DNA of 64,000 nt from an uncultured Methanomassiliicoccales archaeon. Lineage in GTDB: Archaea; Thermoplasmatota; Thermoplasmata; Methanomassiliicoccales; UBA472. Positions 44,857-54,995 of this stretch are shown here, piece by piece. A model generated the notes under the pieces. That model saw only the letters and a program-made list of their open reading frames with translations. It was not told where the DNA came from and searched no databases. How positions within the stretch are numbered: the first letter of the stretch is position 1; each line of letters begins with the position of its first letter. Both the position numbers and the translations under genes were made by a program. The DNA is taken from NCBI GenBank assembly GCA_963695345.1, contig OY968769.1, positions 2,176,001 to 2,240,000 of the forward strand, read 5' to 3'.

Positions 44857-45591
44857 TTAACGGAACGCTCTTTTTCCCAGGTTGAATACGGCATCCTTCA
44901 GCCTGTAGTTCAGGGCTTCCAATGGAGTTGCCGCCCATCTTTCTGGGTGGCAACTGATATAGGCTTTTGATCCTTTTTGAATTCTGAGGATGATGTCTTG
45001 AGTACTTTCTACCATTGGCATAATGCACCTTCTGATCTGGTCTCGGTTATTGTCCTTACCATTCCATCTGCCTCCGGTATCGGTATAATACTCTAGATCC
45101 GTCAGAATGTTCGAATATGCTTCTCCTTCCAAGGAGTAGTTCGAAAGGTTGTCGTCTTTCCAGAAATCAATATTGTTATGTGCTGAAATCGGGCTTCCAT
45201 GCATGCTCGCCGTCTTGATTTCGCATATGGACCTTAATTGTTCAATATCCTGCTTGAATAGTTTCCTAGCTATCTGGATATCTCCTTTGGCTTTTCTCAT
45301 GACTTCATAATGGAATCCGATTTCATGATTCATTTCTGAGATTTGACGGATGATATCTGCATCGAAAGAGGCAGGTACGCAGCGGAAGTAGTAAGTCGAC
45401 CTCACATTCATTCTGAATTCTAATTGGGCGATCCTTAGGGCGTTCCGTGGTTTCCTATCCACGTCGTGCCTTAAGATTATCTTCGTATTTTGAGGACGAT
45501 TAAGACTATTAAGAAATCGGCAGTCTGTTTGTATCATCCTCACTGCCTTACAGAGGTCTTCATATACTTTCAATGTGAAATCTGACATCAT
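44857..45591 (-). CDS. Deacetylase-like hypothetical protein
   Basis: LRHDVD, STYYFR, HEIGFHYE, MHG and HPERW (NodB-like metal ligands). Confidence 0.7.
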   Translation of the reverse strand: MMSDFTLKVYEDLCKAVRMIQTDCRFLNSLNRPQNTKIILRHDVDRKPRNALRIAQLEFRMNVRSTYYFRCVPASFDADIIRQISEMNHEIGFHYEVMRKAKGDIQIARKLFKQDIEQLRSICEIKTASMHGSPISAHNNIDFWKDDNLSNYSLEGEAYSNILTDLEYYTDTGGRWNGKDNNRDQIRRCIMPMVESTQDIILRIQKGSKAYISCHPERWAATPLEALNYRLKDAVFNLGKRAFR

Positions 45592-45717
45592 CTGAAACCT
45601 TCTAGTCTTTGCTGAGTATCCTCAGCCTCCTTCTTTTTCGGATTATGCGATATTCCAGATGCATATAACCGATTTACGATTGATCCGCATTTTTTTTACG
45701 TTCAGGAATGGCATTTA

Positions 45718-46677
45718 TCACACATTGTGTTTGTCATTAATGTCATTCTCAGCCACGTTAATGATCATATCGAAGAGCAGTATAGTAGCTCCGACCAATG
45801 GAAGACAGAGGAGCGATATGGTTTGAGTTTCATTGATCATCAAAGCAACTCCGATCTTATCTTCCAACAACATTAATATCGATGCCAATGATCCCGCAAT
45901 AATCATTGCGGAACCAACAAGAGGAACAAGGAATGCTCGTGTACTGTTACCGTCTGCCCTCTTTATGGCCAACCTTGTAATGAAATTTCTAACAAGAAGT
46001 TTGGATATCCTTGCCATATATACCGGGTATCTTATTTTTGACTTCTCTGTTCCATAGCGTGCAGGAATCGGTATGTCCAGTATCCTGCATTGCTTGGCAT
46101 GCAGCCTCATGATCATATCATTGCAGTAACCATACCAGGCGAATATCTGATTAGGGTCAATTCTCAATAGTGCCCTTCTCGAAATAGCCGTGTACCCGTT
46201 CTGAGGATCAGAAACGTGATAGCAGCCGGAAGCGAATTTTGTGAGCAAGGTTAGGGTCGTGTTGCCCATGAGGCGCCAGGGGCACATCCCTTTCTTGAAA
46301 TTGGAATCCAGGAGGCGGTTTCCTTTCGTATAGTCAGCATTACCTTCAACGATTGGATCCAATAGTGACTGGAGATGGAGCGGGTCCATCTGGTTGTCTC
46401 CAGCCATTACTGCCGTGATGTCGATTCTATCATCGAGAGCTAGGTTGTAACCCCTGACAATCGCCGATCCTACCCCGCCATTTTTCTGATGAACGGGGAC
46501 TATTCTCCGGTCTTTCTCAGCCAAGGCATCGATTATTCTGCCAGTACTATCAGAAGAACCATCATTCACGGCATAGATCCGGTCGACATATTTTGGGATG
46601 GTGGTGAGCGTCTCAGTAATCAACTGTTCTTCATTATAGGCCGGTACAACAACAGCGATCCGTTTTTCGCGATACAT
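45718..46677 (-). CDS. Glycosyltransferase family 2 (polyprenol-P glycosyltransferase-like)
   Basis: VVVPAYNEE, VNDGSSD, MAGDNQM, DPQNGY and C-terminal TM helices. Confidence 0.9.
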   Translation of the reverse strand: MYREKRIAVVVPAYNEEQLITETLTTIPKYVDRIYAVNDGSSDSTGRIIDALAEKDRRIVPVHQKNGGVGSAIVRGYNLALDDRIDITAVMAGDNQMDPLHLQSLLDPIVEGNADYTKGNRLLDSNFKKGMCPWRLMGNTTLTLLTKFASGCYHVSDPQNGYTAISRRALLRIDPNQIFAWYGYCNDMIMRLHAKQCRILDIPIPARYGTEKSKIRYPVYMARISKLLVRNFITRLAIKRADGNSTRAFLVPLVGSAMIIAGSLASILMLLEDKIGVALMINETQTISLLCLPLVGATILLFDMIINVAENDINDKHNV

Positions 46678-47078
46678 TATCCATCCTCATTTTGTATGGT
46701 TGTGGAATGTTGCTGATGGTCCAGGCATCGGTTCGATAACGAATCCGTACGTTATTGGTCCTAGATGAGGCAACGATTCTGGATTAACGGGGTGTATTCA
46801 AAGAAATATTGTCTTAATTATCATGATTTGAAATGTCAGTCTGGCATTCATGTCGATTATCGATATATCATTTTCGAGGTTATTCTCAAAGCTAGATAAA
46901 TGTTCATTTTCGAGTCAAAAACGCAAATGCCAGATTATGGGAACAAGGACGCTCATACAATCAGTAGTTTATCTAAAAGGTTAGTCGAGACAATTCCTAG
47001 GGTTCTTTAAGAGGTCATTTTTATCATCGTAACAATGGCGATAAACGATAAATACCGACACTGACTTCCTGGGCTATC

Positions 47079-48086
47079 TTGATTGAGGAAATTAGGCCAG
47101 AGATAAAGCGTTCTTGGGATCTCGCGCTCATATGCTTGTTATCCCTGTTGTTAGCGGGTTTCATTTATCTGATCCCCGATTTTCCAGCCCGTATTCTAAT
47201 TGGAATACCGTTCATAATTTTCTTTCCAGGTTACGCCCTGATCGCGACCCTCTTTCCGGAAAAGAAGTCATTGGATACCATAGAGCGAATTGCTCTCTCT
47301 TTCGGCCTTAGCATCGCCGTCGTACCATTGATTGGTTTCGGGCTCAATTACACTCCTTTCGGGATCCGCCTCGATCCGATCCTGTGGTCACTGATCCTAT
47401 TCAACATAGTCTTGAGCCTTCTCGGTATCTGGAGACGCAGGGTTTCCTCTGATCCGTTCTTGCCGTTCAACCCGACGCTAGTTTTCGAGGGGGCAAAGGA
47501 AGGTTTCAAAGGCAAGGCCAAGAACGACAAGGTCCTCACGATCATCCTTGTTCTGTCAGTTCTTTCCTCGGTCGTAGCCGTTGTATACGTCGTCGCAGTG
47601 CCCAGGCAGGGAGAGCAGTTCACCGAGTTCTATGTTCTGGGTCCGGGAGGCAAGGCGACCGACTACCCCCACAACCTATCAGTAGGTCAATCGGCTTCTG
47701 TGATACTGGGCATCGCCAACCACGAATTCCGCACCGTGAACTACACGGTAGAGGTATGGCTGGCTAACGAAACCTTTTCAAATAATGTGACCGTTGTCAA
47801 CCATTTACTGTTTGTGAGTGAGTTCTCAGTGATATTGGACCATGTTTCTGCCAATATCAACGGCAATTGGACCCCGCAATGGCAGCAGACGTACAACTTT
47901 TCCTCGCCGGTCGAAGGGTCCTATAAGATATGGTTCGTGTTGCAGGTCGATGGGCTGGCATTTCACGGTGTGCAGGACCAAGATTACGTCAACACTCCCG
48001 CCCAGACTCGATTCATCAACATGGTTAATTCCAAAGATTATTACAGTCTGAATCTGAACCTGAACATATCTGGTGTGCCAACCTGA
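47079..48086 (+). CDS. DUF1616-like membrane protein (second copy)
   Basis: FFPGYAL, ERIALSFGLS, FTEFYVLG, DYP and NHE. Paralogue of 31246-32235. Confidence 0.83.
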   Translation: MIEEIRPEIKRSWDLALICLLSLLLAGFIYLIPDFPARILIGIPFIIFFPGYALIATLFPEKKSLDTIERIALSFGLSIAVVPLIGFGLNYTPFGIRLDPILWSLILFNIVLSLLGIWRRRVSSDPFLPFNPTLVFEGAKEGFKGKAKNDKVLTIILVLSVLSSVVAVVYVVAVPRQGEQFTEFYVLGPGGKATDYPHNLSVGQSASVILGIANHEFRTVNYTVEVWLANETFSNNVTVVNHLLFVSEFSVILDHVSANINGNWTPQWQQTYNFSSPVEGSYKIWFVLQVDGLAFHGVQDQDYVNTPAQTRFINMVNSKDYYSLNLNLNISGVPT

Positions 48087-48273
48087 TCAGGCACACAATC
48101 CGAGAGTTAAATAAATCCCAATCCATCTCCCTCTTGCCGTTTGGGCTTCCTGGGCGGATTCAGACGATGCCCTGAAAAATCATGTCATAGCAGAAAAACA
48201 TCAATTGGACATCACGCTTTTTGAGTAACCACGATGCAACGTTCATATCCAATCACTGCGGTTACTCCGGACG

Positions 48274-49371
48274 ATGCTCGTTTGCTTGATCCTCGGCACC
48301 CGTCCCGAAATTGTGAAGATGTCACCGATCCTGAGGGCCTGTGCCGAAATGGGTGTGGACAACTATTCGATACACACCGGGCAGCACTACTCCTATGAGA
48401 TGGACCGGATCTTCTTCGAGGAGCTCGACCTGCCCGATTGCAAATACAATCTGAACGTGGGTTCGGGTCCGCACGGTTATCAGACCGGCAAGATGATGGA
48501 GATGATCGAGAACGTCTTCCTGAAGGACCGACCGGACATCGTCCTGGTGCAGGGAGACACGAACACCGTGCTCGCTGGAGCGCTCGTCGCCTCCAAGATG
48601 CTCATCCCCATAGGGCACGTCGAGGCCGGCCTGCGCAGCTACGACCGCTCCATGCCCGAGGAGATCAACCGCATAGCGGCCGATCACGTCTCCAGTCTAT
48701 TGTTCCCTCCGACGGAAGCGGCCAAGGACAATCTGGTCAATGAAGGGATACGTTCCGATATGATCACGGTCACCGGCAACACCATAGTCGATGCCGTGAA
48801 GCAGAACCTGCACATCGCCGAGAGGAAGGCGCGCGGGAAAGTTGATTCGATGGGTCTGTCCGATTCAGGATACATCCTCTCCACCTTGCATCGCCAGGAG
48901 AACGTCGATTCGGAGGAGAATCTGGCCGATATCCTGGAAGGAATATCCTCGGTGTCGAAGTCCACCGGACTTCCGGTCATCCTGCCGTTGCATCCCCGGA
49001 CAAAGAAGAACATGGAGCGCTTCGGCCTGAAGCCGGGGGACAACATCAAGGTGATCGAACCGCTCGGTTTCCTCGAGTTCCTGCTGCTTGAGAAAGGAGC
49101 CAGGCTCATCATGACCGACTCCGGCGGCCTGCAGGAGGAAGCCTGCATCTTGAACGTACCCTGCGTTACCCTGCGCAACAACACCGAGAGGCCGGAGACG
49201 GTCACGGTCGGTGCGAACATGATCGCCGGCACCAAGGCCAGCGGCATCGTTTCGGCGGCGGAGACCATGCTCGATAAGAAGGTCGGATGGGCCTGCCCGC
49301 TCGGCGACGGTCACGCGTCAAGGAAAATAATCGAACGCTGTTCCGAGCTGATCGGACGTTCCTCGGGCTGA
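48274..49371 (+). CDS. wecB: UDP-N-acetylglucosamine 2-epimerase (non-hydrolysing)
   Basis: GTRPE, TGQH, GDT, HVEAGLRS, PEExNR, TDSGGLQEE and TERPE. Confidence 0.95.
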   Translation: MLVCLILGTRPEIVKMSPILRACAEMGVDNYSIHTGQHYSYEMDRIFFEELDLPDCKYNLNVGSGPHGYQTGKMMEMIENVFLKDRPDIVLVQGDTNTVLAGALVASKMLIPIGHVEAGLRSYDRSMPEEINRIAADHVSSLLFPPTEAAKDNLVNEGIRSDMITVTGNTIVDAVKQNLHIAERKARGKVDSMGLSDSGYILSTLHRQENVDSEENLADILEGISSVSKSTGLPVILPLHPRTKKNMERFGLKPGDNIKVIEPLGFLEFLLLEKGARLIMTDSGGLQEEACILNVPCVTLRNNTERPETVTVGANMIAGTKASGIVSAAETMLDKKVGWACPLGDGHASRKIIERCSELIGRSSG

Positions 49372-49676
49372 ACCGTCCGCTTTCAATAGACCAACGGAGA
49401 CTAAATCATTGCTCTAGAGAGCGCAAGATCGGTCTGAGACCGCCTCTAGAAAGGACGTTTAACTATTCATCGGTCCTGATCGATAAATCTGTTGAACCTG
49501 GCGTATGGGCCGACCAACTGGAATCATGTCAGATGGAGAGATAGAAGGTTTCCGATTGTTCGTTCGATATATCTCGAAATTCGATAGGTTATCGTGCCAA
49601 AACACCTATTCATCATTCTCCAACCGCACTGTTAGGACAGATAAGTTTAATTCACCTAGGTCATTTCCAACTATAT

Positions 49677-50660
49677 ATGGAGTCATCAGGCCCGGCAGAA
49701 ACTGGTCTAAATAGACCGGCTGATGTGGCGGCAAGCGAAGGCATCGCTTCGTCAAACAGCCGTAACGAAAAGATTGCTGTCGTAGTACCTGCTTATAATG
49801 AACAGATCACGATCGGAAGCGTCGTTCTCGAAGCGTCGAAATATTGCGAGAGGGTCTATGTCATCAATGACGGCTCAAAGGACCTGACCTCCGAGATAGC
49901 GAAGATGGCCGGCGCGTTCGTTCTGGAAATGGACAAGAACAGCGGAAAGGCGAAGGCGTTGGTCAAGGGCTTGAGGAGAGCGAGGGCTGACGGCTATTCT
50001 GTCGTAGTGATGATGGACGGGGACGGGCAGCACAAGGGAATCGATATTCCGGCTTTGATTGCTCCAGTCATAAACGACAACGTCGACATGGTCATCGGTT
50101 CTAGGTTCCTCCAGGAAAACAAGATACCGGCCCACCGCCAGGCCGGCCAGAAGGTGCTCAACACCTTCACCAATATGGGGTCCCAGGGAGCGCTCACCGA
50201 CACCCAGTCCGGCTACCGGGCGCTTGGCCCGAGGGCGCTGGACAACCTGGATTTTGAATCCTCCGGATATTCTATTGAATCGGACATGATCACCTGTTTC
50301 ACCGAGCGCAACCTCAGCATCGTCGAGGTGCCGGTATCGGTGAGGTACGATGTGCCGAACGGGCACAAGCAAGGTTCGACCTCGATGGGTTTTACGTTAT
50401 TGGAGAACGTCATCACCACGGTGGCGTACAAGAGGCCATTGCTGGTGTTCGTCGGACCCGGGTCCATGCTGGCCGGGATAGGGATATTCCTGGCGTTGAC
50501 CGCATACTTCAATTTCTACATCTTCTCCTCATGGTGGCTGCAGCTGCTGCTGGCGGAGTTCACCATCGCGTTGGGCTTCCTGATGGTCGCCTTCGGATTG
50601 ATGCAGAACTCTCTCGCCATGGTCCTCAGGATGAACCGGGCGAATGATAAAAAAGAATAA
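49677..50660 (+). CDS. Glycosyltransferase family 2 (Dol-P glycosyltransferase-like)
   Basis: VPAYNE, NDGSKD, MDGDGQH, DTQSGYRA and two C-terminal TM helices. Confidence 0.9.
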   Translation: MESSGPAETGLNRPADVAASEGIASSNSRNEKIAVVVPAYNEQITIGSVVLEASKYCERVYVINDGSKDLTSEIAKMAGAFVLEMDKNSGKAKALVKGLRRARADGYSVVVMMDGDGQHKGIDIPALIAPVINDNVDMVIGSRFLQENKIPAHRQAGQKVLNTFTNMGSQGALTDTQSGYRALGPRALDNLDFESSGYSIESDMITCFTERNLSIVEVPVSVRYDVPNGHKQGSTSMGFTLLENVITTVAYKRPLLVFVGPGSMLAGIGIFLALTAYFNFYIFSSWWLQLLLAEFTIALGFLMVAFGLMQNSLAMVLRMNRANDKKE

Positions 50661-50826
50661 TGGTGCACGTTCAAACCATCGAAATTGTTCTTCCGAAGAT
50701 GGAGGCCGCGTTTCCTGGCAGACTGGAACAAAATCCCTAATTTTCACACACCATACGACATCGAGGTGTTACAAAACAAAGCATATAAAGCAAATCATTC
50801 CTCACCTTCTTTGAATTGGTGAACCA

Positions 50827-51951
50827 GTGTTTTACTATCATATGGACCCGAGCGTCACTAATATCAAAAGCGTCCGTGACAAGATCATTGCCCAGGCCCA
50901 GGGATTGATCGCCAACGGGATCGATGTCACCATCGTGATCGGTCAAGAGGACGAGCGTGTCTCTCGCGAAATGAAGCAGACCAACAATATCAGAACCATT
51001 TATTTAAATAAAGTAACCAAGAATAAATACCTTGGATATTTCACCGATTTTGCAGATCTGATGCGGTTCACCATGAGCCTCAATGAGAACGATATCCTAT
51101 ACACAAGATATTCGCCTTTTTCACTGTTCATTGTCCCCAGAAATTGCACCATCATCACAGAGCATCAGACCAAGGAGTCGATGGAATACAAGTCGAACTC
51201 ATTTCTCCCGTTCATGATGGAAAGATGTTTCGGGAAGCTAAACAGGAGAATGCGCGATTACTATGTCGCAGTGACTGGGGAGATATCCGATTTCGAATCC
51301 CAGTACGGTGAAGCGGGCCATATTGTGATACCGAACGGGATATCCCTGCAAAACATTCCAGTGATAACCAGAAAGGCGGCGGTCGGCGAGGAGTTCCATG
51401 TAGTCGGCTTGGCAAATGTCTCCCTATGGCATGGATACGATCGCATGATCGAAGGTCTGAACAGATACTCCGGCCCGGTGAAAGTCTATTTCCATATCAT
51501 AGGGGAGGGTCTAGAGCTTCCCAACCTGAGACTCCTGGCCAAGAAATATGGGCTGGAAGAGCGGGTGATATTCCACGGCCATATGAGAGGAAATGAATTG
51601 AACAGCATCATGGACAACTATCACATCGCCATCGGGGCGCTGGGCATCCACCGGATAGGGATCAGGGAGGCGGCGACATTGAAGAGCCGAGAATACTGTT
51701 CCAGGGGCATTCCTTTCATCGAGGATACGATCGATGGCGATTTCAAGGATTTCCCCTATCGATACCAGATAGAACCCGAAGAGAGCCCTATCGACGTCGG
51801 CAAACTGATCGAATTCTTCAATGGATTTGCATCGGATGACTATCCTCGAAAAATGAGAGAATATGCGGAACAGAACCTGACCTGGGAAAGTAAAATGAAA
51901 GTGCTGAAGACGTTCCTCACAGAGATCCGTTCGAAGAACGGGTCATCCTAG
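50827..51951 (+). CDS. Glycosyltransferase family 4-like
   Basis: IPNGI, WHGYDR, IIGEG and LKSREYCSRGIPF. Start uncertain. Confidence 0.83.
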   Translation: MFYYHMDPSVTNIKSVRDKIIAQAQGLIANGIDVTIVIGQEDERVSREMKQTNNIRTIYLNKVTKNKYLGYFTDFADLMRFTMSLNENDILYTRYSPFSLFIVPRNCTIITEHQTKESMEYKSNSFLPFMMERCFGKLNRRMRDYYVAVTGEISDFESQYGEAGHIVIPNGISLQNIPVITRKAAVGEEFHVVGLANVSLWHGYDRMIEGLNRYSGPVKVYFHIIGEGLELPNLRLLAKKYGLEERVIFHGHMRGNELNSIMDNYHIAIGALGIHRIGIREAATLKSREYCSRGIPFIEDTIDGDFKDFPYRYQIEPEESPIDVGKLIEFFNGFASDDYPRKMREYAEQNLTWESKMKVLKTFLTEIRSKNGSS

Positions 51952-52050
51952 AGGCAAGCCTAACAGAATATCGGCCTTCTTTCTTCCTTCTAGTAAGATA
52001 TCCATCGGGCGGACCGCTCTCCGTCATTCTGTCCGTGGGCCCTTCCTTCA

Positions 52051-52743
52051 TCAGTCCGTGTTCAGAACATTGACGTGGTGTGAGATCTCGTAGTATAGGA
52101 TTATCGTCGAAATGTAGCTTACCAGGAACATGAATATGGCGACATGCCAGCCCAGCACGCCCGGGGCATGGTAAACGGTCCAGTAGCTTTTTGGATATGA
52201 GAGGACCAGGAAACAACTGTAAGCCCATACCGCCGTGCTTAGAAACCAGGCGACCAACACCAATATCCCCAAGACGCCAAACCGTTCCGATCTCGGTTGA
52301 CCATACGGAGTGTTACCGACCTCTATCCCATCTGGCCCCACGGCCTGGCATTGCTGGGACCGCTGCAGCTCACCTTTGGCCTTCGCTGCACGTTTTGATC
52401 GAGAGTAGCTCCACATTATCACGTACAGAATGATGGATGCGAGGCAGACCCCCACCATCAATATTCCTGACCGAAGGAAGGTGAAGAACGGAACGTAGTC
52501 GATGACAAGGTCATTCAAATGAACGAGAGATGGATTGAACGTAAGTCTGAACGATATATAGACCAGGAACAACAGACTGTACACTCCAGAGGCGAAAAAG
52601 ACAGCCTTCGTTATCTTGAACCATCTCGACTCATGTCGGTTAACAGTTCCTTGACATGCGTTACCCAACGAGCTTCTCCCCGGTCTCGCAAACACATCAT
52701 AATAATTCAAGTTTTCATTTAGTGCGAGGCAACTTTCGGGCAA
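52051..52743 (-). CDS. Hypothetical 4-TM membrane protein
   Basis: Two helical-hairpin units ending SIILY and TIILY. The true start is probably downstream of 52743. Confidence 0.55.
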   Translation of the reverse strand: MPESCLALNENLNYYDVFARPGRSSLGNACQGTVNRHESRWFKITKAVFFASGVYSLLFLVYISFRLTFNPSLVHLNDLVIDYVPFFTFLRSGILMVGVCLASIILYVIMWSYSRSKRAAKAKGELQRSQQCQAVGPDGIEVGNTPYGQPRSERFGVLGILVLVAWFLSTAVWAYSCFLVLSYPKSYWTVYHAPGVLGWHVAIFMFLVSYISTIILYYEISHHVNVLNTD

Positions 52744-53022
52744 CCTACTTTTTCACACGGATCCTAATTGAGATTGGGTTGACGATTTCGCAGGCGGAAT
52801 GGATCGAGAGGATCCGTCCAGAATGCGGCCACCATCCTATTTCAGCATCAACTCCGGACAATAGAGAAAGAGATGGAGGAGACCTTGGCCTTCTAATCTA
52901 TTGGAGAAAATAAAGAATATAAGATGTTTGAAGGACGGGAACCGTCCAATTCACGACCACTTCACCGATGCCGTTCTCGCGGTCATCGGCTACGGTCACG
53001 GTCGTTGCGCACTGGTTACCCA

Positions 53023-54355
53023 TTACGCGTGCGGTGCCGCGTGGACCTCCGTGCTAAGGGCTCCTATTCCGACCGCGTTGACCGCGGCGATCTTGAAGTA
53101 ATAGGTTACCCCGTTAGTCAGATAGGTGTTCGTGTACGACGTGCCAGGACCGATCGTCGCGACCAGGGTTTCCGTTCCGGAAGACCAGCCGCGGTAGATC
53201 TTATAGGCGGTGATCGCCGATCCGCCGGTGGACGGTGCGGTCCAGGTCAGCTTGACCGCTGTGTTGGAACCGGTCGCGGTTATCGATGTTACCTTGCCCG
53301 GGACACCTGACGTTGGTGTCGGTGTCGGTGTCGGTGTCGGGGTTGAGGTGGTCGGTATTGAAGAGCTGCCGCAGTTGAGGACCGTTCCCGTCTTCTGGAT
53401 CATGCTCAGCCCTTCATAGTTGCCGACTCCCTTGCAGTTTATGCAGGAGACGCCCGGTACCTGGAATCCCTGGAACCGGAAGCCGTAGCCGTAGTAGGTG
53501 GGGCACTTGGGGCGCTGTCCGTTGTAGTTGGCAACGCAATCGATCAGCTTGATGTTCTTCGGGGACGAACCGTACTCGACGTGGAACCCGGAACACCAGT
53601 TGTAGTTCGCTGAGCATCTGGTCAGGATGATGTTCTCCACACGGGTGCACTCGACCAGGTCATATCCAACAATCCAGGCATTGACCCAGCCGATGTTGTC
53701 GCCGCCGTTGTGGCTGGCATCGCAGTCGGTAAAGGCAACGTTCCTGATCAGGCTCTTACCGGAATAACTATTGTCATCGCCGAACAGCAGGAATCCATAG
53801 GTCTGGGAGTATGTGACGGTGCAGCGGGTGAATTTCACACCATCGATCATGCCGTTTGCGCCAACGTACAACCAGAACCCGGCGTTCATGTCTCCCGTCA
53901 AGGTCGTGGCGTGAACATCGGTGAAGACCCAGTTCCCGCAGGTCCCTCCAGCCTTATATCCGTATATCTGGAGGTGTCCCGTGAACTTGAACGATTGCAT
54001 CGTAACGTACGAGACTCCCTTGATGTAGAAGTTGTGAGACGAGGTCGATTTGAAAACGGTCGAATCACCATCGCCTTTCAATGTCGTTCCTGTGCCGAAG
54101 TATACGTGGGCCGTGATCATGTAAGTTCCGGCTGGAACGTATGTCACCTTATTGATATTCGACAACGCCCAGTTCAAGGCGGCGGTGAACGATGCCGCGC
54201 TGTATACTGTTCTTCCTGATGAGTCAACGACCACGTTGGATGAGACCTTGTAGTCATATGCTCCGGCGGCGCTGACATCGCTGGCCATCGATGGGAAAAG
54301 CGGATACCGTCAGTCCCATGACGACCAACACGAGGAGGCAATTCCTGAGCTTCAT
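53023..54355 (-). CDS. Secreted beta-helix protein with Pro/Thr linker and C-terminal fibronectin type III domain (frameshift in signal peptide)
   Basis: VPAGTY...GDG cap, beta-helix repeats, (TP)n linker, and FN3 signature LTWTAP...YKIYR...LTNGVTYYFKIAAVN. Signal peptide MKLRNCLLVLVVMGLTVSAFP from ATG 54355 joins the long frame if one base of the run at 54293-54295 is removed. Confidence 0.85.
53315..53338. repeat. (GGTGTC)x4 tandem repeat encoding the Thr-Pro linker
   Basis: Directly visible and in frame within the FN3 protein. Confidence 0.9.
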
Positions 54356-54627
54356 TACGCTACCCCGTGGTCATTGCCCGTGCATTTCTCATTCCGAGGA
54401 CCAGCGTACTTATCCGCCATGGTACCATTCTGCCGATCGTCGATGCGGCTGGCCTGGCGGCTGCTAGTGCCCGATATGGTCCAAGAATACCTGATTCTTG
54501 TTTTATTCGCCATACAGTTCATCCCTGACAAGGCAAACGCCGCTCCGGGTTCCGTTGCGGCGAAGATGGCCGTCCTGGAGACGCCCTTCCCTCGCTTGTC
54601 TGTCTTCGATGGTAGTCCCATTCTCAT
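54355..54627 (-). CDS. Small upstream peptide (90 aa), homologue of 35068-35283
   Basis: GGGAGC SD-like site, MRM start, shared TA..A.EP.A, ANKTR and WTI motifs, and a TAATG overlap with the downstream start. Confidence 0.7.
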   Translation of the reverse strand: MRMGLPSKTDKRGKGVSRTAIFAATEPGAAFALSGMNCMANKTRIRYSWTISGTSSRQASRIDDRQNGTMADKYAGPRNEKCTGNDHGVA

Positions 54628-54880
54628 GTTTTTCAAGCTCCCTTTCGTTACGTTGCACTCAGATAGACTGAGAAGAGACAGTTTAACCAGACGACACGAT
54701 GGTCGCCGAGGGTCTGCCTCATATGCCGGCGATTGGAAGAATCGCTGTAAGGCGTACAGCCTGAACATCAGGAATCGAAAATGAATTCCACGATGTCGAT
54801 TGCAACTGAACCCGACGGAGTATCACCGACGGCAGAGTGAACAAAACCCCCGACGAGGGTTCTTCCATTTGTTCTCTCAT
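54628..54880 (-). ncRNA. Candidate structured 5' leader RNA (copy B)
   Basis: Homologous to 34817-35067, with pairing-preserving substitutions in the stems. Confidence 0.65.
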
Positions 54881-54900
54881 AATTAGGCAATTGTTTAATG

Positions 54901-54995
54901 AGATATAAACAAAATTATATCTAAATCATTCATCATAATAAATAACATCATAATATTTGCACCAGTAATATGAAATATATCCATATTAGTTTAAC
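54901..54995 (-). promoter_or_regulatory. Archaeal promoter with conserved upstream boxes (copy B)
   Basis: Same four boxes as 34700-34795, including the identical 20-mer at 54901-54920. Confidence 0.75.

Noticed and set aside
53315-53338. Hexamer repeat as a phase-variation tract
   Set aside because: It is in frame and simply encodes a Thr-Pro linker.
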